Shown in pieces: positions 19,205 to 22,735 of a DNA stretch of 22,735 nucleotides. Source of the DNA: Coniocarpon cinnabarinum (lineage: Eukaryota); the NCBI GenBank assembly GCA_051942205.1, contig JAVECO010000098.1, forward strand, positions 62,001 through 84,735, given 5' to 3'. The first letter of the stretch is position 1. The number at the start of each line of letters is the position of its first letter. The notes beneath the pieces are model-generated. The model made no database searches, was not told the DNA's origin, and saw nothing but the letters and a program-made list of their open reading frames with translations. Made by a program: the position numbers and the translations under genes.

Positions 19205-20070
19205 AAAGCGGTTCGGAAAATCCCTTTCTTCATAGGAGACTTCACAGCGATCCCTTTTTTGTTTTGCATAGCGATGGTTAGATTGGTTGCATAGCGTTTC
19301 TGAATTTCTGTTGGGAATTATGATAGACATGGGTGCGCGGCAACTACGCATTGCTGGCCTTACGGAAAGAGCATTGAAACCAGTGGATGACGGAACGAAC
19401 GCTCGATGGGGGTTAGGCTTTGTAATTCCTAATTGATGCTAGTGCAATTGACTCATCACAATCTTCTCGAAACGCATTCCTCTCGACGCTGTGATCCTCG
19501 AGAGGTCGACGTGAATGCCACCGAGGGCGGTGAGTCAGTGAAGACGAGCCCTCTCCCAATGCAAACCCTCTGCTGCCGTGAGCGGGAAAGATCCCAGCAC
19601 GCCGCTTGCTCTCCGCCATGACCGGTTGCCCCGGCCAGCCCGTGCTTACCATCCAGTTTCAGCATGCTGTGCTCGCTGGGAACGCAGATTCGCCGACACC
19701 CACCGTGCCCGCGCAAGGAGTCATTCATCGAGGGCGTGATGACGCACCAACCACACCAACTTCCCGAAGGGGCAGGAGCATCGACCGAGCTAAGCTCTCG
19801 CACGCACCATCAACGCAGATCTAATGTTTAGCTGCCAGGAGGCTGGGCTCGACGCTGATAAAAAGGTCACGGCCGAGGGCCTTGACGCGGGCTGGTCTCG
19901 TGCCAGGCCGTCAAGATAGGTTTCTTCTGCTGCTGTAGGCGCAATATTTGTCTCTCTCTCGCTGAGCCAGCGAAAAGAAAGCCGTCGGGTTTGTTTGTGC
20001 CTTGTAAGCAAGTGCTTTGTGTGTAACATCGGAATTCTCGATCGTACTATATTCATGTGACGCTATCGTC

Positions 20071-22059
20071 ATGTACTCTTGGACACATCTCCTATTTGCA
20101 CTGCTTTGCCAACGCGCCTGGGCGCTGTGGCCAATACCTGCACAGGCAAGTGCAGCACCCGCTGGCAGCCATGTGCGACATGTGAGTGTCTGACGTTGTA
20201 CCCTCAGCTTAGCACCGGGCACAGTGTCTTATGGATCGATCCGGATGTTGATATTACGTTGAGCGGCGGTCCAAGCAATAACAGCGTAAGCCAAATCCTG
20301 TTTCATGTGAGTTGCTGAGTCTTGTAGCTGACAGGCCTATGATCATTAAAGGCTCCGAGTTCGTATGGGTTTGGGGCTGCTGGCGATTCAGCTTCGGCCG
20401 CCATTGTCGAGACGGCGATCAATGAAACCCGGGAGACATTGTTCAACAAGAATTTTGTTCCGTGGAAGTTCCATCCGCGAAACTCGGACTTTGAGCCTCA
20501 ACCAGGGGGCACGCAGATTCAGACTGTGACGCTGACTATCAACGACACCTCGTCAGCCACAAACATCTCCAAACCTCTTGATGGGCAATTTGACGAAGGT
20601 TATTCGCTGCAAGTCACAGATGACGGGAAAGCTACCATCCAGGCTGCATCAGCAATAGGTATCTCTTGGGGTCTGAACACCTTTTCGCAGCTCTTCTATC
20701 GCCACTCAAATGGCGGCGCATATACAAGCAGTGCGCCTGTGATGATCAGCGACAGCCCCGTCTTCCCACATCGCGGCCTCAACCTCGACGTGTCACGCAC
20801 CTATTATGACGTTCAAGACATCATCCGCACGATCGATGCTCTCGCATTCAACAAATTCAATAGGCTCCACGTGCACATCACAGATGCCCAGTCGTGGCCT
20901 CTTGTGATACCTTCACATCCTGAGCTGTCTGATAAGGGGGCTTACACTACGGGTCAAGTATACAACCCTGATCAACTCCAGCAAATGCAGCAGTACGGAG
21001 CAGCTCGAGGTGTTGAGGTCTACCTGGAGATTGACATGCCCGGTAAGGCGCTCTCACGATCCTTTTGATGTCGATGCCGCTGACGACTGGGCCAGGTCAC
21101 ACCTCGGCGGTGGCTTTCAGCCATCCCGAGCTTGTCGCCGCGTTCAATGCTCAGCCTGACTGGGATACGTATTGCGCTGAGCCGCCATGTGGGACTCTCA
21201 AATTGAACGACTCTGCCGTGTATACGTTTCTTGACTCTTTGTTCGGTGACCTGCTGCCGCGGGTGGCCGCCAACAATGCATACTTTCACACCGGTGGGGA
21301 TGAGGTCAACTTCAACGCGTATAGCTTTGATGATTCGGTAGGCAACACCAACGATACCAAGGTGCTGCAACCGCTTCTTCAGAACTTCTTCGATTACATT
21401 CACAAAAATGTTACTGCTGCTGGCCTCACCCACATTGTGTGGGAAGAGATGCTGCTGAGTTATAACTTGACACTTCCTCCTGAGACTGTAGTACAAAGTT
21501 GGCAGAGCGACGAAGCAGTCCAACAGATCGTGAGTAAAGGACTGCGCGCCATTAGCGGAAATTACAATTACGTAAGTACTGGGACGATGCCCCTTGTGTG
21601 AGCTCAAGTGCTCACAGTCTGATCTGACAGTGGTACCTGGATTGTGGGCATGGACAATGGACAAACTTTCAAACGGGTCCTCAGACCCAGAAATACTTTC
21701 CCTTCAACGACTACTGCTCGCCTCTAAAGAACTGGCGGGACGTTTACTCCTACGACCCGCTCAGTGGTGTCGCACAGGAGCAATCCCACCTGGTTCTGGG
21801 CGGCGAGTGCAGCATGTGGAGTGAGCAGTCGGACGGCGTGAGTGTCGACGGCATCATCTGGCCGCGCCTTGCTGCCGCCGGAGAAGTGCTGTGGAGTGGC
21901 GCCAAGGACCCGGCGACGGGCCAGAACAGGAGCCAGATCACCGCGGCGCCTCGATTAAGTGAGATGAGAGAGAGACTGGTGGCAAGAGGGGTGCAAGCCG
22001 CGACGATTCAGATGCCGTTCTGCACTCAAAATGGAACTCAATGCACGCAGCCAGATTAG
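20071..22059 (+). CDS. nagA: Secreted beta-N-acetylhexosaminidase (GH20), ~582 aa; exons 20071-20145, 20208-20285, 20352-21042, 21096-21571, 21631-22059
   Basis: Signal peptide then LWPIP, FPHRGLNLDVSR, NKFNRLHVHITDAQSWP, EIDMPGH, catalytic FHTGGDE, WYLDCGHG, WSEQSD and WPRLAAAGEVLW. Introns: 20146-20207 (GC-AG), 20286-20351 (AAG acceptor), 21043-21095, 21572-21630. The exon total of 1749 nt is divisible by 3. Confidence 0.93.
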
Positions 22060-22319
22060 AAGCGTGGAACATGGTTTGGTCGTTTTTGCAGGCAGCACGT
22101 GAGAACGTTTTGTCAACAAGCTTCGAAAGATGCGGGTGCCCGGAGAGGAAGAGGGGGATAGGATGAGGATCCGAGTCACCTTTAATTGGGTTGGAAGGGT
22201 TGGCTGCGTGGCACGTTCAGCTTCAGGCGAAATGAGAGCGCGTGGAACCCGACGTGCAAAGCAGCGCAGTGTGAGGCAAATCTGTAACAAGGCCACGGTT
22301 CCTGTGCGCGTTTCATCCC

Positions 22320-22468
22320 CTCCTCTGCCCGGCAGCCGCACCGCTAACTTCAGAAAGCTAGCGTTACTTTTCTGAGTGGGTGCGTATGAGATGACTAATA
22401 TACTATCCTACTCCACGAAGGAATGTTTCCTTGATGAGGCCCAGTGTTGCGGCTGCCGGGCAGAGGAG
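22320..22468. repeat. Perfect 21-bp inverted repeat (CTCCTCTGCCCGGCAGCCGCA 22320-22340 / TGCGGCTGCCGGGCAGAGGAG 22448-22468) with a 107-nt spacer
   Basis: The arms were checked base by base as exact reverse complements. The spacer has further hairpins (TCAGAAAG/CTTTTCTGA, AAGGAA/TTCCTT). No target-site duplication is obvious. Confidence 0.85.
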
Positions 22469-22735
22469 TCCATGGACCAGTCGGCAAGTCATTGTTGGGC
22501 ACGTCGCGAGGGCGGCAAGGGCGCAGGTCCGTATAGGGATTCAATAGCGCAGCGCGCCCGAAACCACAGGCTCTCTCTGGACGCCATTTTGACGGGCGCC
22601 AACCTCAGACACACGGGTCCATCGTTGACAAACTCTCCGCCGGACGCGGCCGATCAGCCCGTGTGGGCCCAGAGGGGGCCAAGGAGCCAGTGTGGGGAAA
22701 GTACGAAGTCGACAGCGGCACGGGGCGGGGAGGGC

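Noticed and set aside
22469..22735. Possible minus-strand gene end or short ORF (AAAATGGCG near 22587) at the window edge
   Set aside because: The ATG frame stops after ~32 codons and the other frames give only Pro-rich text with no recognisable homology. It cannot be resolved without flanking sequence.

Overview
A compact, gene-dense stretch of filamentous-ascomycete nuclear DNA. Introns are short (51-191 nt) with CTRAY-type branch points, and several long genes have no introns. Ten protein genes can be modelled by hand, in this order: 3' part of UBR1 (+), SWD3/WDR5 (-), ISC1 (+), RPL18 (-, 4 exons), a YPR011C/SLC25A42-like mitochondrial carrier (-, 4 exons), a 121-aa Lys-rich protein resembling a histone H1 tail (-, 3 exons), NAD-glutamate dehydrogenase GDH2 (-), PRO2 (-, 2 exons), a GH16 Crh-family transglycosylase (+, 2 exons) and a GH20 beta-hexosaminidase (+, 5 exons). 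I see no transposase, CRISPR array, rRNA or tRNA. The most unusual signals are RNA-level or non-coding. (1) The last RPL18 intron needs a rare GAG acceptor, and a stronger distal acceptor followed directly by TAA sits in the closing stem of a ~230-nt multi-hairpin element, which may be an autoregulatory splicing switch. (2) The Crh intron reads through in frame into its own hydrophobic tail, giving two possible GPI-like C-termini. (3) A perfect 21-bp inverted repeat lies downstream of the hexosaminidase. (4) An 18-bp palindrome with cell-cycle-type motifs lies upstream of the H1-like gene. All gene models and folds were derived by eye; no searches or folding programs were run.
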